Assembly (NCBI RefSeq): GCF_009914755.1
Contig: NC_060925.1
DNA: 64,000 nt
Strand: one strand, 5' to 3'
DNA from: the human T2T-CHM13v2.0 reference genome, Homo sapiens
The position numbers and the translations under genes are program-made. The notes below the pieces were generated by a model. That model saw only the letters and a list, made by a program, of their open reading frames with translations. It was not told the origin of the DNA and made no database searches. Numbering within the stretch: the stretch's first letter is position 1; the number at the start of each line of letters is the position of its first letter. Of this stretch, positions 37,093-54,869 are shown piece by piece.

Positions 37093-40000
37093 CAAGAATT
37101 TATTTTTTAGAGTCCTTTTAGTTTCACAGCAAAACTGGATGAAAAGTACAGAGTTTCCATATACTCTCTACCCCTTCACCAACCTTCCATACTGTCTACA
37201 CCCTACACCAGAGTGGCACATTTGTTACAATCTGTGCACTTACAATAACACATTGTCACTCAAATTTCATAGTTTACATTAAAGTTCACTCAGAGTATTG
37301 TACTTTCTAAGGCTTTTGACAGATGTATTATGACATGAATCCACATAGATATAGTATCACATAGAATAGTTACACTGCCCTAAACATCTCCTGAAATCTG
37401 CCTACTTCTCTCTCCCTTCCCCTTAACTCCTAGCAACCACTAATCTCTTTACTGTATCGTTTTGCCTTTTCCAGAAGGTTACATAGTTGAAATTATAGAG
37501 TACGCAAACTTTTCAGGCTTGCTTCTTTCACTTTATAATACATATTTTCATTTCCTCCATGCCTTTTCATGGTTTAATAGAGTGCTTCCTTTGGTGCTGA
37601 ATAATATTTTATTTTTTGGTTATACTACAGTTTATTTGCCCACTGGAGAGCATCTTAATTGCTTCCAAGTTTTGGAAACTATAAATAAATCTATAAACAT
37701 CCAAATGCAGAATTTTGTGTCGACATAAATTTTCAACTTCTTTGGTAAATGCCAAGGAATATGATGGCTGGATCATAATGTAAAGAGTATGTTTAGTTTT
37801 ATAAATCACTTCCAAGTTGTCTTCCAAACTGATTCTACTATTCTACATTCCCAATAGCAATGAATGAGAGTTCCTGTTGCTCCACTTCCTCACTAGTATT
37901 AGGTCTTAGCGCTCTGGATTGTGGCCATTCAAATAGGCATTTCTCTGATTATATATAATGTGGAGCATCTTTTTATATGATTACGTGCCTTCTGTATATC
38001 TTCTTTGATGAGGTGTTTGTTAAGGTCTTTGGCCCATTTTTAATTGGCTTATTTGATTTCTTATTGTTTTGAGTATTTTTGGTATATTTTGGATAACAGT
38101 CCTTTCTCAGCTATGCCCTTAGTGAATATATTCTTCCAGTGTGTGGCTTATCTTTTCATTCTGTTACCATTATCTTTCACAAAATAAAGACTTCTAGTGT
38201 TACTGAAGTCCAGCTTATCAATTGTTTCTTTCATAGGTTGTTCTTTGCTGTCATATCTAAAAAGATATCACTAAACCTGGGTCAACTTGATTTTCTTCTG
38301 TTATTTTTAGGAGCTTTATAGCTTTGCATTTTACATTTTGGTTTGTGATCCGTTATGACTGATTTTCTTGAAGGATTTAAGAATAGAATCTAGATTTATT
38401 GCTTATTTTAGATATGGATCTCCAGTTGTTCTAGCACTATTTGTTGAATATACTGTCTTTTCTCCATTGTATTTCCTTTGTTGCTTTCTCAAAGATCGAT
38501 TGACCCTATGTGTATGCATGTATTCCTGGGATGTTTATTCTAGTACACTGATTTATTAGTTTCCTCTTTTACCAATACCACACTGTCTTAATTATTGTAG
38601 CTTTATAGTAAGTCTTAAAGTTAGGTAGTGTTCATCCTTCAACTTTGTTCTTCAACAATAGAGTGTTGGCTATTCAAGGTCTTTTGTCTCTTCCTATAAA
38701 ATTAAGAATCAGTTTGTTGATATGCACAAAATAATTGTCATGGATTTTCATTGGGATTGCATTGAGCCTAAAGATAATATTGGGAAGAACTGACATCTTG
38801 GCCATATTGGGTCTTCATATTAATTAAATTGGAATATCTCTCCACTTAATTCTTTCTGGATTTCTTTCATCAGAGATGTGTTGTGTTCCTTCTATAAATC
38901 TTGCATGTATTACGTTAGATTTGTATCTAAATATTATGGTATAATAACTATGCTTTTAATTTCAAATTCTACTTGCTCATTGCTGGTATATAAGAAAACA
39001 ACTGACTTTTTATACTAACCTCATATCCTTCAACCTGGCTATAAATGGTATATTAATTCCAGGAGCCTTTTGGTTGATTCATTCAGATTTTCTACAAAGA
39101 CAATCATATCATCTGTGAACCAAGACAGTTTTATTTCTTCCTTCCCAATCAGTATGCCTTTTATTTTCTTTTTCTTCTCTACTGCACTAGCAAGGGCTTC
39201 CAGGACAATGTTGATTAGGAATGGGGAGAGGGGACATCTTGCCTTGTCTAGTCTCACTATCAAGTGAGACAACTAATAAGACAAGTTCTAATTTCTTATA
39301 GCTAAGTATGATCGCAACTGAAGGTTTTTTTTTTAATTTTTTTTATTAAGTTGAGAAAGTTCTCATATATCCCTACTGTACTGATTTTTTTTATCATTAA
39401 TGGATGTTGGATTTTGTCAAAAGCATTTTCTGTATCTATTGATATGATTTTGTGATTTTTCTTCTTTGGCCTGTTGATGTGATGGATTACATTGATTATT
39501 TTTAAATGTTGAAACAGCCATGTGTATTTGGAATAAATCAGATCTGGTATTGGTATATGATTTTTAAAAATATATTGTTGGATTTAATTTGCTAATATTT
39601 CACTGAGGATTTTTGCATCTATGTTCATGACAGATCTTGGTGTCTTGTTTTCTTTTTGCATAATATCTTAGCTTTTCTGGTATCTGTCTAATGGTAGTAC
39701 ACAGAATAAATTAGGAAGTATTTTCTCTGCTTTTATTTTCTGAAAGCAATTGTATGAACAGAATTTTTTCCTTAAAAGTTTGGTAGTATAAGCCAGTGAA
39801 GCCAGTTACTTTCTATTTTGGAAGGTTATCAATTACCAACTCGATTTCTTTCATAAATATAGGCCTATTTAGATTTGTTGATTTCTTCTTGTGTGAATTC
39901 TAGCAGATCGTATCAAACCAGATGAAACTGGTTCATTTCATCTAGATTATCACATTTGTTGGCATAGAACTGTTCACAGTATTTTTAATTGTTTTTAAAA

Positions 40001-40211
40001 TTTTTATGGTATCTGTAGTGATATCCCTTCTTTCATTTCTGATATTATCAGTTTGTGTTATCTCTTTTTTTCTTAGCCAGGCTGGAGGTTTTTTAATTTT
40101 ATCAATCTTTTCCAAGAACCAGAGTTTGTTTTCATTAATGTTATTAATTTTCTGTTTTCAATTTTATTGATTTCCTCTTAATAGTTTTAAATTTCTTCTG
40201 CTAACTTTGAA

Positions 40212-40213
40212 TT

Positions 40214-40246
<33 letters not shown>

Positions 40247-40517
40247 AGACAAAGTCTCACTCTGGCCCAAGCTGGAGTGCAGTGGTGCGATTTTGGCTCA
40301 CTGCACCCTCTGTTGCCCAGGTTCAAGCAATTCTCTGCCTCAGACTACCAAGTAGCTGGGATTACAGGTGTCTGCCACCAAGCCCGGCTAATTTTTTATA
40401 GTAGAGACGGGATTTCACCATCTTGGCCAGGCTGGTCGTGAACTCCTGACCTCGAGATCCACCCGCCTCACCCTCCCAAAGTGCTGGGACCACAAGTGTG
40501 AGCCACCGAGCCCAGCC
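40212..40517 (-). mobile_element. AluS (AluSg-like) SINE
   Basis: Poly(T) of ~30 nt then a full dimer; 'attctctgcc' and 'caccatcttggccaggc'. Confidence 0.92.
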
Positions 40518-41208
40518 TGGATTGATTTTTTGTTGTGATGGTGTTAGTTTTAGTTTCCTAAGGTGAAGAATTTGATTATTGATTTTTACATTTTTTTCCT
40601 GTCTAATATATACATTTGATGCTGCAAATTTCCCTCTAAGCATATATTTGGCTGCATTCCAAAAGTTTGGGGAAAACATGTTTTCATTTTTATTTAGTTC
40701 AAAATATTTTAAATTTCTCTTGAGAGTTCATCTTTGACTTATGTGTTGCTTAAACATGTGTTTAGTGTCCACATATTTTGGGATTGTCTAGTTATCTTTA
40801 GGTTATTAATTTCTAGCCTAATTCTCTCATGGTCTGAGAACAGACATTATATGGTTTCTATTCTTTTTAAAATGTTTTAAGATGTGTTTTAGGGCCCAAA
40901 ATGTAGTCTATCTTGGTGAATGTTTTATGTGAGCTTGAAAACAATGCGTACTCTGCTGTTGGATGAAGTAGCCTGTAGATGCCAATGGTGGGATGGTGCT
41001 ATTGAGTTCAGCTATGTCCTCACAAATTTTCTCCCTGCTCACTTTGTCCGTTTTTGGTAAAGGGGTGATGAAGTATCCAATTATTACAATAGATTCTTCT
41101 ATTTGTCCTTGCAGTTCTTTCAGTTTTTGCTCAACATATTTTTATGCAATCTTATAGTATTAGGTGCATACATGATAAGAAGTTCTACGTCTTGTTAGAG
41201 AACTGACC

Positions 41209-41511
41209 TGCTTTAGTCCAAAGTATCATAAATTGAATAGTTTCTATTAATTAGGACTTTATTTATTAAAATACTGGAGGCTTAGAAGTCTTAAATCAAA
41301 GTACCAGAAGATTCAGTATCTAATGAGGGCACAATTTTGGTTTATAGACAATGCCTTCTCACTGTGTCCTCAGAAGGTGGAAGGTTGCAAGTCAGTTTTT
41401 TGGGACCACATTTGTAAGGCACTAACCCCATTTTTAAGGGCTGTGACCACATGATGTAATCATCTCCCAAAAGCTCCACTTCCCAATACAATTACATTGG
41501 TAATTGAGTTT
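41209..41511 (-). mobile_element. MLT1A-family LTR
   Basis: 'ctggaggcttagaagtc...tgagggc...ctgtgtcctcagaaggtggaagg...aggcactaacccc'. Confidence 0.7.
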
Positions 41512-43964
41512 TGAAATCTTCTCCAATTAATATAGCTATTCTTACTTAAAAAATTAGTGTTAGTATGATTTATCTGTCTCCATACATTTACCTTGAATCT
41601 ATATGTATCCTTATTATTTAAAGTGGGTTTCTTATAAATGACATATAGTTGGGTCTTTTCCATTGTTGTTTCAGTTGACAGCCTCTGTCTTTGGTGCACT
41701 GAAACTACTGATATTCAAAATGATTACTGATATAGCTGAATGCATATCTTACATAGTTGTTCCTATTTTTTATTTGTTGTCCTTGTTTTCATTTAAATTT
41801 TTATTTTTCACTTTTTCTGCCTTTGGTGCTTTTAATGGAGCATATTATATGATATTATTTGCTCTCCTTTTTTTCTTAGTATATCAATTAGACTTTATGC
41901 TTTTTTCTTTAGTTGATTAGTGATTGCCCTAGAGTTTACAATATACATTTATAAATCATTCAAACTCACTTCCAAATAACACTATACCATTTACTGCTTC
42001 AAGGGTAGTATGAGTACCTTAAAACAACAAAATAATCCTAACTTCTCTTTCTTGCCTCTTGCATAATTGCTACCATTCATTTTACAAATATATATAAACA
42101 CATATAAACATATGTATTATATGTACATATGTAGTTAAATACATTGCTGCTATTATTTTGAATAAACTATTATATGTTAGATCTGTTGGCTATAAGAATA
42201 AAAGTTTCTATTTTATTGTTACTTATTTCTTCTTTAACACTTTCTCTGTTCATATAGACATGAATTTCTGGCCTAAGTTATTTTCCTTCTTTTTAAATAA
42301 CTTATTTTAACATTTCTTGCAAGGCAGGTCTACTGGCAACAAATCCCCTCATTTTTTACTTGTTTGAGAAAATATGTCTTTACTCTGAAGGATAATTTCA
42401 CAATGCACAGAATTACAGGGTTTTTATTTTCTCAAGACTTTAAATATTTCAATTTACTCTCTTCTTGCATGTTTCTGAGAAATCAGGTGTAATTATTACC
42501 TTTGCTCCTCCATTAAGTAAGGCATTTCCCTCCATCCTCCCTGGCTTCTTTCAGGATGTTTTTCTACATCTTTGACTTTCTATAGTTCAAAAATAATATG
42601 CCTAGATGTAGTTTTGGGGGCATATATCCTGTTTGGAGTTCTGTGGGCCTCCTAAAGCTGTGGTTTTGTGTCTGATATTAATTTGAGGAACTTCTTTTTA
42701 ATTTTGTTTCTGGTATTTCCATTAGATGCATCATACATATTTGAAGTTGTCCTATAGTTTTCGGATATTCTAGTTTATGTTTTTTATTCTTTGTTTTCTT
42801 TCTTTTACAGCTTGGGAGGTTTCTATTGATGGCTCTTAAGCACAGGGATTCTTTACTTACCTGTATCCAGTCTATTAATAAGCCCATAAAAGGGATTCTT
42901 AATTTTTGTTACAGTGTTTTTGATCCCTAACGCTTTGTCGTTGTTGCTGTTGTTGTTCTAAGATTTCCATCTCTCTGCTCACATTACCCATATGTTATTA
43001 CTATCTGTTATTAGGAGCTATCTATTTTATCTATTAAAGCCTTTTTCGTTTTAATCATAGTAGTTATTCTAAATTCTAGGCGTGGTAATTCAAACAACCT
43101 TGCTTGTCTTCTTCTGATGGTTTCTCTGTCTCTGCAAATGGTATTTATTTTTATTTATTTATTTTTTGCCTTTCAATATACCTCATAATTTTTTTCTTGA
43201 TGGCCAAACATGATATACTGGGTACTGAGCTATTGTACATTGGTCTTTAGTAATGTGGTGGTAAGGTGTGGGGTGAGAAGAGGCATCCTATGATTAAGTC
43301 TCAGGCTTTTAGTAAGACTTTGCCTCTGGATTGTGATCGTTATATGTTTCTAATGTTTTTCTTCCCCCTCAGTTGGTACAGAGTGGCTAAATCTGTCTAT
43401 AATTTGGTATTTCACTTCCTCCAGGCCTGGTAGGCTTTAATAAGACTCCAGCAGGTTAGGCTTTGGTAAACTACTTTCTCCTAGACAGACCTTGATAAGA
43501 ACAGAGTGCTTTGGCATATTTCAAAATAAGCTCTTTTTCCCCTGTCTGTGTTGGAAGCGCAAGAACATTTTTCTCCAAAATTTACTTTGAGAACCTAGTT
43601 AATTTCTGGGAGGTAAAACTCAGAAAAGAGTGATAGTCAACCAGTGATGAGGTCCTCCTGGAGTTTTTAATTCTCAGACTTGTTTACTCTGAGCCTCTAG
43701 AAGTTCATAAATTATAGTTCAGGTTTTTCTATGCCACCACTGGTTCCCACAGAGGTTTCTGCTCCCACATGTGCTTCTCTATATTCGCCTGTCTCTTCAG
43801 TTTTGGGAATAGCAGTTTGCCCCGTGAACTTATTTCTCTTATGAATTTAAGAAAAGTTGTGGATTTTTCAGCTTTTATCTCATTGGTAGTACAGAAAGGC
43901 AACTGCCAAGCTCCTTACATTTGGAACTGGGAATTGGAAGTTGTTCATGTCTTTTTAACACTGA

Positions 43965-44265
43965 CTATACCAGTGTTTGGATGCATCACATTTCATTCAA
44001 CCATTCACCTACTTAAGGACATCTTATTTGCTTCCAAGTTTTGGCAATTATAAATACAGCTTCTGTAAACATCCATGGGCAGGTATTTGTGTGGGCTTAA
44101 GTTTTTAACTTATATGGGTGATACTGACAAATATGGCCATAGATTGTATGGTAAGAGTATATTTAGTTTAGTGTGAAACTGCCACCCTGTTTCCAAAGAG
44201 GCTACTTTATCAGTGTTCTTGATTTTGGCCAATCTAATATGTGAATAGTGGTATCTTGTTGTTTT
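43965..44265 (-). mobile_element. Old L1 3'-region fragment
   Basis: 'cattcacctacttaaggacatctt...ttccaagttttggcaattataaat...tatggtaagagtat'. Confidence 0.65.
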
Positions 44266-45419
44266 AAATTTAATTGAAATTTAAACAAGCTTCAACACAA
44301 ATATTATCAATTTAGCTATTTGTCAACTATTTTAATATTAAAATATTATTCAGATTTATTTTATAAACAATTCTCATCAATTTCAATCAGATAAACACCT
44401 CATCTCAACATTTCATGCAGGTGAAAATAATTTAACCATACATTATTATTTGATTTTGATTTCAGTCCATATCCTTGTTATTGCCTTACCACAGAATAAG
44501 ATAATATAAAATATAAAGTTTGATTCCTAATACTGTGAGTTTTCAGATAAATTTAGTTTTTATTGTGAATTGATGATGTATTCTTTCCACAAACTACAGG
44601 TATGTTAATATATTAGCAAGATTTTTACCAAATGTAACATTTAAACCTTATACAAGGACTAGACTTCTATGACCTTAATATGTCATTTTATGCTTGCTAG
44701 CATTATATATGTCACTTATTGCTTAAGATTAGACTAGCAACGATGTTGTTATGTACAAGAACCCACTACTTTGCTAAGTTGTTTTCCAATCATTTATTAC
44801 AAATGAATTTTAATTTTAAAAAATATTGAAATTCTAAGACAGAATGTAAATTCCACATTTGCTGGAATATGACTCTTTTTACAAAATATTGTGATTTAAT
44901 AAAAATGAAACTAACAGCTTTAACTTAATGGTATCAAGCCAACATGAAAATATTACTTTATTTACACAAGTATTCTCAGTTTGTAATGGTAAAAGTTAAA
45001 ATATGATCAATGACATTATTAAAACTTATTTTGTTGTATGAGCTTTTATGAGAAAAAGAAGAGACAAATCATGTTATAAATAACATTTGAAAAGCTATCC
45101 ATCAGAGGAGTAAAACAAATGTTTAAATTCTAATCACCTGTACATATTTGTTTTCATGTTAAAGGCAGAATGTTTGAAAGAATAAACTAAATACATTGAA
45201 AGCTTTTCCAGATGTGAAACTTTTGCTTCTACTCTTAAGATAACTCACTTTCATTTACAAGATTTGCCATCCTTCCAATTTTACCCAAAGCAGCTCTTCA
45301 GAATGTTTGTCAATTTGGCTGTATATTCTGGGAAATATCCTTTTAATATTATGTAGTTTTTTCCTCTAACTCATTCATAATATGTTCAGGCTCAAACTTT
45401 ACACAAATTTTTTTGGCAT

Positions 45420-46085
45420 GTATAGTATGTATATATTTTATAGGTGAATAAATATTATTTCTATATTAAATTATAGAAATAATATATTTACATAACTATA
45501 TAAATCTGTATTTTGTCTCTGTATATAAATATATAGATATATTATTTATATCTATAAATCATATTTACATCTACATATTTAAATATTAATATAAAATATA
45601 TCTATTTAAATATTTACCTATAGTATTCCTATACTTTATATATAGTATTTCTATATATATTGTAGAAATTTATATATAAATTTCTATACATATAGAAATA
45701 TGATATATAAAATATGGAAATCTATAGATAAATAATATTTATAAAATTAAATATTGTATTTATATTATAAATATAAATATTGTAAATATTTATATAAATA
45801 TAAATGTTGTAAATATTATATTTATAAAATGTTAAATATAATATTTAAATTTATGTATTATATTTATAAATATAGAAATACTATATATGTACTATTCTTT
45901 ATTTTTTCTACATATAGTATTCTATATTCTATATAGTATTCCTATAAAAATAAATACTACATATAAAAAAAGATACTATATAGAATATAGACTACTATAT
46001 ACTATAAAAATATAGAATACTATATATAAAGATGGTATTTCTACATTTTAATATAAAAATTATATTAAATAAAATATAATTTATT
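45420..46085. repeat. Extremely AT-rich low-complexity (degenerate TA) tract
   Basis: ~660 bp dominated by A/T with TATA/TATAG units. Confidence 0.9.
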
Positions 46086-46740
46086 ATCTGGTAACAAATC
46101 ACTTCCTTTCTTCCTCTCCCATTTACCCTTCTCAGGCTCTAATAACCATAATTCTTCTGTATAATTCTTTGACCTTAATTTTTAGCTCCTACATATTAGT
46201 AAGAACATGCAATATTTGTCTTTAAGTGGCTGCCTTATTTGACTTAACATGATGTTCTCCAGTTTTATACCTGTCACTGTGAATGGCATGATTTTATACT
46301 TTTTCATGGCAGAATAGAACTCTATTGTATACATTTCTTTATTCATTAATCTGTTGATGGACATTTAGGTTGATCCCATATATTCACTATACTGAATGGT
46401 GCTGCAATAAACAGGAGGGTGCGGCTATCTCTTTGATATACTTATTTTCTTTCCTTTGGATAAATACCCAATAGTAGAATTGTGGGATCATATGGTAGTT
46501 CTAATTTAATTTTTTTGTTTGTTTGTTTGTTTTTTATTATACTTTAAGTTTTAGGGTACATGTGCACATTGTGCAGGTTAGTTACATATGTATACATGTG
46601 CCATGCTGGTGTGCTGCACCCACTAACTCGTCATCTAGCATTAGGTATATCTCCCAATGCTATCCCTCCCCCCTCCCCCCACCCCACCACAGTCCCCAGA
46701 GTGTGATATTCCCCTTCCTGTGTCCATGTGATCTCATTGT

Positions 46741-50583
<3,843 letters not shown>

Positions 50584-50603
50584 TCATTAGTTGTGGCAGT
50601 TTC

Positions 50604-51165
50604 TGTGAAAAGACCAAATCTACGTCTGATTGGTGTACCTGAAAGTGATGCGGAGAATGGAACCAAGTTGGAAAACACTCTGCAGGATATTATCCAGGAG
50701 AACTTCCCCAATCTAGCAAGGCAGGCCAACGTTCAGATTCAGGAAATACAGAGAACGCCACAGAGATACTCCTCGAGAAGAGCAACTCCAAGACACATAA
50801 TTGTCAGATTCACCAAAGTTGAAATGAAGGAAAAAATGTTAAGGGCAGCCAGAGAGAAAGGTCGGGTCACCCTCAAAGGGAAGCCCATCAGACTAACAGC
50901 GGATCTCTCAGCAGAAACCCTACAAGCCAGAAGAGAGTGGGGGCCAATATTCAACATTCTTAAAGAAAAGAATTTTCAACCCAGAATTTCATATCCAGCC
51001 AAACTAAGCTTCATAAGTGAAGGAGAAATAAAATACTTTACAGACAAGCAAATGCTGAGAGATTTTGTCACCACCAGGCCTGCCCTAAAAGAGCTCCTGA
51101 AGGAAGTGCTAAACATGGAAAGGAACAACTGGTACCAGCCGCTGCAAAATCATGCCAAAATGTAG
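50604..51165 (+). pseudogene. L1 ORF1p C-terminal half (RRM + CTD), inverted fragment
   Basis: VKRPNLRLIGVPE...REKG...ARREW...YPAKLS...QNHAKM, an uninterrupted 186 aa. Confidence 0.95.
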
Positions 51166-53306
51166 AGACCACCGAGACTAGGAAGAAACTAATTTAATTT
51201 TTTTACTAATCTCCACACTGTTTTCCATAATAGCAGTACTTATTTACACACCAACAGTACATAAGTTCCTCTTCCTCTTCATTCTTAGCAGCATTTATTT
51301 ATTGTCTTTTAGATAACAGCCATTCTATCTATGATGAGATTATATCTCAGTGAGGTTTTGATTTGCATTTCCCTGATGATTAGTGATACTGATCTTTTTT
51401 CATAATATATTCATTTTTAAGTATTTAAGATATAGAAAAATTCTATTTGAAATTTTGTATTATCATGACAGTGCTTTATAGGTCAGTAGCCAGAAAGAAT
51501 TTCTTTATATCATATTTTCTCCCTAATCATTTTATAATTCAGCTGCTTCATATGATTATTTATTTACAAGAATTTAGTTTGGGTATATAATTATTATATA
51601 ATAAATATGTCTCTGTAATTATTTGAATAATTAATTTTTGAAAATCCTAGGTAAACTTTAAGATGCAGTCTATTAATATCACTTTTTTGTTAATGGATTT
51701 GTTTTCTGTCTCATTTTCAATGATTAGTGAATCATTCATAATATGACATAAATTGATCTCAAATACATAAACTATTTTTTTCTTTGAGATAAACACTATT
51801 AAACTAGCACAAATATATTTGTTTTAAATGTAAATAGACAGATTATTTTTATAAAAGTAAAACAAATAAATAATCAGTACCTCTACAGAAATTTTTTAAA
51901 CTCTATTTATCTTAACCTCATATTTTTATCCAAAATAAATATACTTCTTTAATATTATATTTTAAGGGTCAAGATTTCATGACTTAATCTTACATTTTTT
52001 TTCCTAAGTTGTTTGGCTCAGAACTAAGCAAACAGGTGCCTTTTAATGTTAGTTGAATTAAATTAAATTAATTTATACAATATCTATTTCAAAATATTCA
52101 AAATGTATTTTAAGTTTAAAGAATATTCCATAAAATGTATTCTATATTATTATAAAAATTTCTAAAGGGAAATAAATAAGCTAAAAATGAATATTTGGTA
52201 ATTTACTCCATATGAATTAATGATCTTTGCTGTAATGAAATTGAGCAAAATATTTATTTGGGAATTTTATAGCTTAAAAATCATATAAAGCAAAGAAACT
52301 ATAATCATGAGAGTTTAAAAATGGACTTTATCTCTAAGTAGATTTGGACATACTTCTGATAATTTTACATCATTGGAAAAGTGCTGCAGGCCGAAAATTT
52401 AAAGCATGATGATAAAATTAGTTAATTTGCCCCTTTGCATTTTCAATTTGGGCATTTTGTATACTTATTTAATGATATGCTAATTTTCTTACATATTTGA
52501 TTTCTATTGGCTTGATACCACCTTGTTAATCACCTATAGATTTTCTCATAAAATGTTTCCTTTCATGGTGTGCAAACATCTACTTATGAAATTTATTTTA
52601 AAACCTATTAAAAGAAATATTATCTAAAGAACACCTGCATCTCTGAGATTCATTTTAAATAGTAATTCTTACTAATCTCCTTAATAACATGAAACGTCTT
52701 CCTTATTTGAACAACCTCATTATGCTTCCATTTTAGTGGTCGTCAGTTACATAATGTTATACAACATAATTCAGATGGGAAACAATTTGGTGGCAGAAAC
52801 AGCTTAGTTTTAAACTCACTGTGTATCAAAACTTTTTGTACATATTAGGTATTACAAGTATTTATTAGATAACAATGCTTAAAAATAACCTAAACATAAT
52901 TTTTACAGATAAATATTGACCTCCTTTTAAATATTTTATTGTTAATTTCCCAGGTAATAAAACTAAGCAAAAAATGTCAAACATCAGATGGAGCAGAAAT
53001 AATATACATAATTTTTTACAAATTTGTGAAAACTATCACTTGCTTTCTACCAATTTCATATTTTTCTTTGACTTATTTGACCCATTTTAGTTTATAATTG
53101 TCACAATTTATGATGGTCTATCCAAAACAGATCATTTTTTCCCCTCAAAATAAATTTTACCACAAGAGGAAATATCCTTGACTTTAAAAATTTTCAGATT
53201 TTTTTTCTCTTATGAACATTTTCTCTCATGAAAACGAAACTGAATTTTTGATGTTTGCAGTTCTCGGAAAATAAGATGCTTCTGCTACCACTAGCAATCT
53301 TCTAAC

Positions 53307-53455
53307 GGGTCCAATATTCACAATGAGTGCCCACATTATGCATTCAAATCACTTATTTGCATACTCAAAGAGATACTTATACATGAAAACGGATAATTGC
53401 AAATCTAAATATCCACTGGCATGTGAAAATATGCCATTTGCATATGCAGCTTAAA
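53307..53455. repeat. Degenerate ~20-bp-period array with octamer motifs
   Basis: Six units start at 53335, 53355, 53375, 53395, 53415 and 53436. ATTTGCAT at 53355 and 53436. Confidence 0.55.
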
Positions 53456-54037
53456 TGTCTGTTTCTGAACATGATGTTAATGTGCAGTTATCTGTTCCTT
53501 TGTTGATGTGTTGCTCTTCACTCTGAATCTTCCTTTGTTCTTTGTTCTAACAGAAGTTTTTATTTTTGGAATATAGTATTCTGCTCTAGCATTTTTGCTG
53601 ACACTTATTATTTTTCTATTATCTGAACCATACTTTTTAATCCCATGAATGTATTTTGTGCTATTGCAGAATAAATGCCTCTACGTGAATCACTGCCCAA
53701 ATCTTGTTAATCTTTACCTCGTCTTCCTCTTAAAATTCATTGTTTTGTTTTTCTTTCTTCATTTTTCCTCAAATTAAAATTTGCTTATCGACTGAAAAAA
53801 TATATTCCAAATAGAAAAACATTACTTCATGAATTGAACCTCTCACCTCTGCATTACTCTTTTGCGATACCCTTCATTCTGCAAGTCTTCAAGAAGAGAA
53901 ATTATAATATAGCTTCCCCACAGATTTACCTATCCACTCTTCTATGAATCCCCAAACAAATGACATTTTTATCATTCTGTAATTAAATACTATATTTTCT
54001 TTGTCTCTTCAAAACCATTATTTTTCACCTTGATTCC

Positions 54038-54498
54038 TTTTATTCAATCTGCAAATGTATTTTGAGTACCTCCTGTATCAGACGCTCTTCTAGTTGCTTG
54101 TAATACATCAGTGAACAAAACCAAGATTCCTGCGACCTTCTAGTGGAGAAGACAGACAATAAAGAATAAACATCATACATGAATTAATTTTGTAGTATAT
54201 TAGAAGAGAGTAAATGCTCAGAAAATAAAAAAAATGAAGCAAATTGAGTGGGATTAGAAGAATTAGGGCTGGGGGAGAGAAATAGATGAATTTTTAAAAC
54301 AATGGACACAGAAAGCCAAAGTGAGATGGTGATATATAAGCAAAGTTGAAGAAAGTTAAGAAAAAGGATATATAGAAGAAAACACTCCAAGCACAGAGAA
54401 GACACAGGCAAAAACCAATATTGGAGAGAATGATTGGCATGACAGAAACAGCAGAAGACCAGTGTGATGGGTGAAAAGTGAGAAGAGGAGTAGGACAT
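54038..54498 (-). mobile_element. L2a-like 3' end
   Basis: 'attcaatctgcaaatgtattttgagtacctcctgtatcagacgctcttctag...cagtgaacaaaaccaag'. Confidence 0.8.
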
Positions 54499-54559
54499 GA
54501 ATTCTGGAATAAGTTGTTGCCTCCTTTTTATTTATTTTTTTTTAACTTTTTTGCTTCCC

Positions 54560-54835
54560 TTAGTCAAAATATCCTACAAAAAGTTACATCATTATACTCA
54601 CTATGCCTCATTCTTCTTCCTCTCATTTTCACTTAAAATTATTTCTTTCAGGCCTTCTCCTCGACAATGCCGCAGAAACTACTCATCAAATTAAGCAATG
54701 AATTCCACATAGATATAGCCAAAGGTCAGTTCTGACTCAGTTCTCATCTTAGGTAAATTATCAGCCCTCTTCCTTCTTGAATCTCTTGCCTCATTTGGCT
54801 GGCTTTCTTCTTATGTTACTGGTCTCTCTCCTTCA
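54560..54835 (+). mobile_element. L2 fragment
   Basis: 'gaaactactcatcaaattaagcaatgaattccacat...ccaaaggtcagttct...ctcttccttcttgaa'. Confidence 0.6.
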
Positions 54836-54869
54836 CAGTACATTTGCAGTGGTATTGCTTTAAAATGGA

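Larger units (their letters stand above)
37097..43942 (-). mobile_element. Long L1MC1/2-like element (3'UTR, ORF2, ORF1 region and 5' end) with nested Alu and MLT1
   Basis: L1MC-type 3'UTR 'cagagtggcacatttgttacaatc'. ORF 39039..39272 has CPLSP...WFTDD (RT). L1MC-type 5' end near 43790-43940. Confidence 0.8.

Noticed and set aside
44540-44606. Possible micro-exon (ttttcag ... cag/gtatgt) and other isolated splice-like sites (e.g. 12527, 53552)
   Set aside because: Such motifs occur by chance in AT-rich DNA, and there is no coherent coding frame or exon chain.
53335-53455. CRISPR-like repeat-spacer array
   Set aside because: Units are contiguous and degenerate with no spacers or cas genes, and the context is primate DNA.
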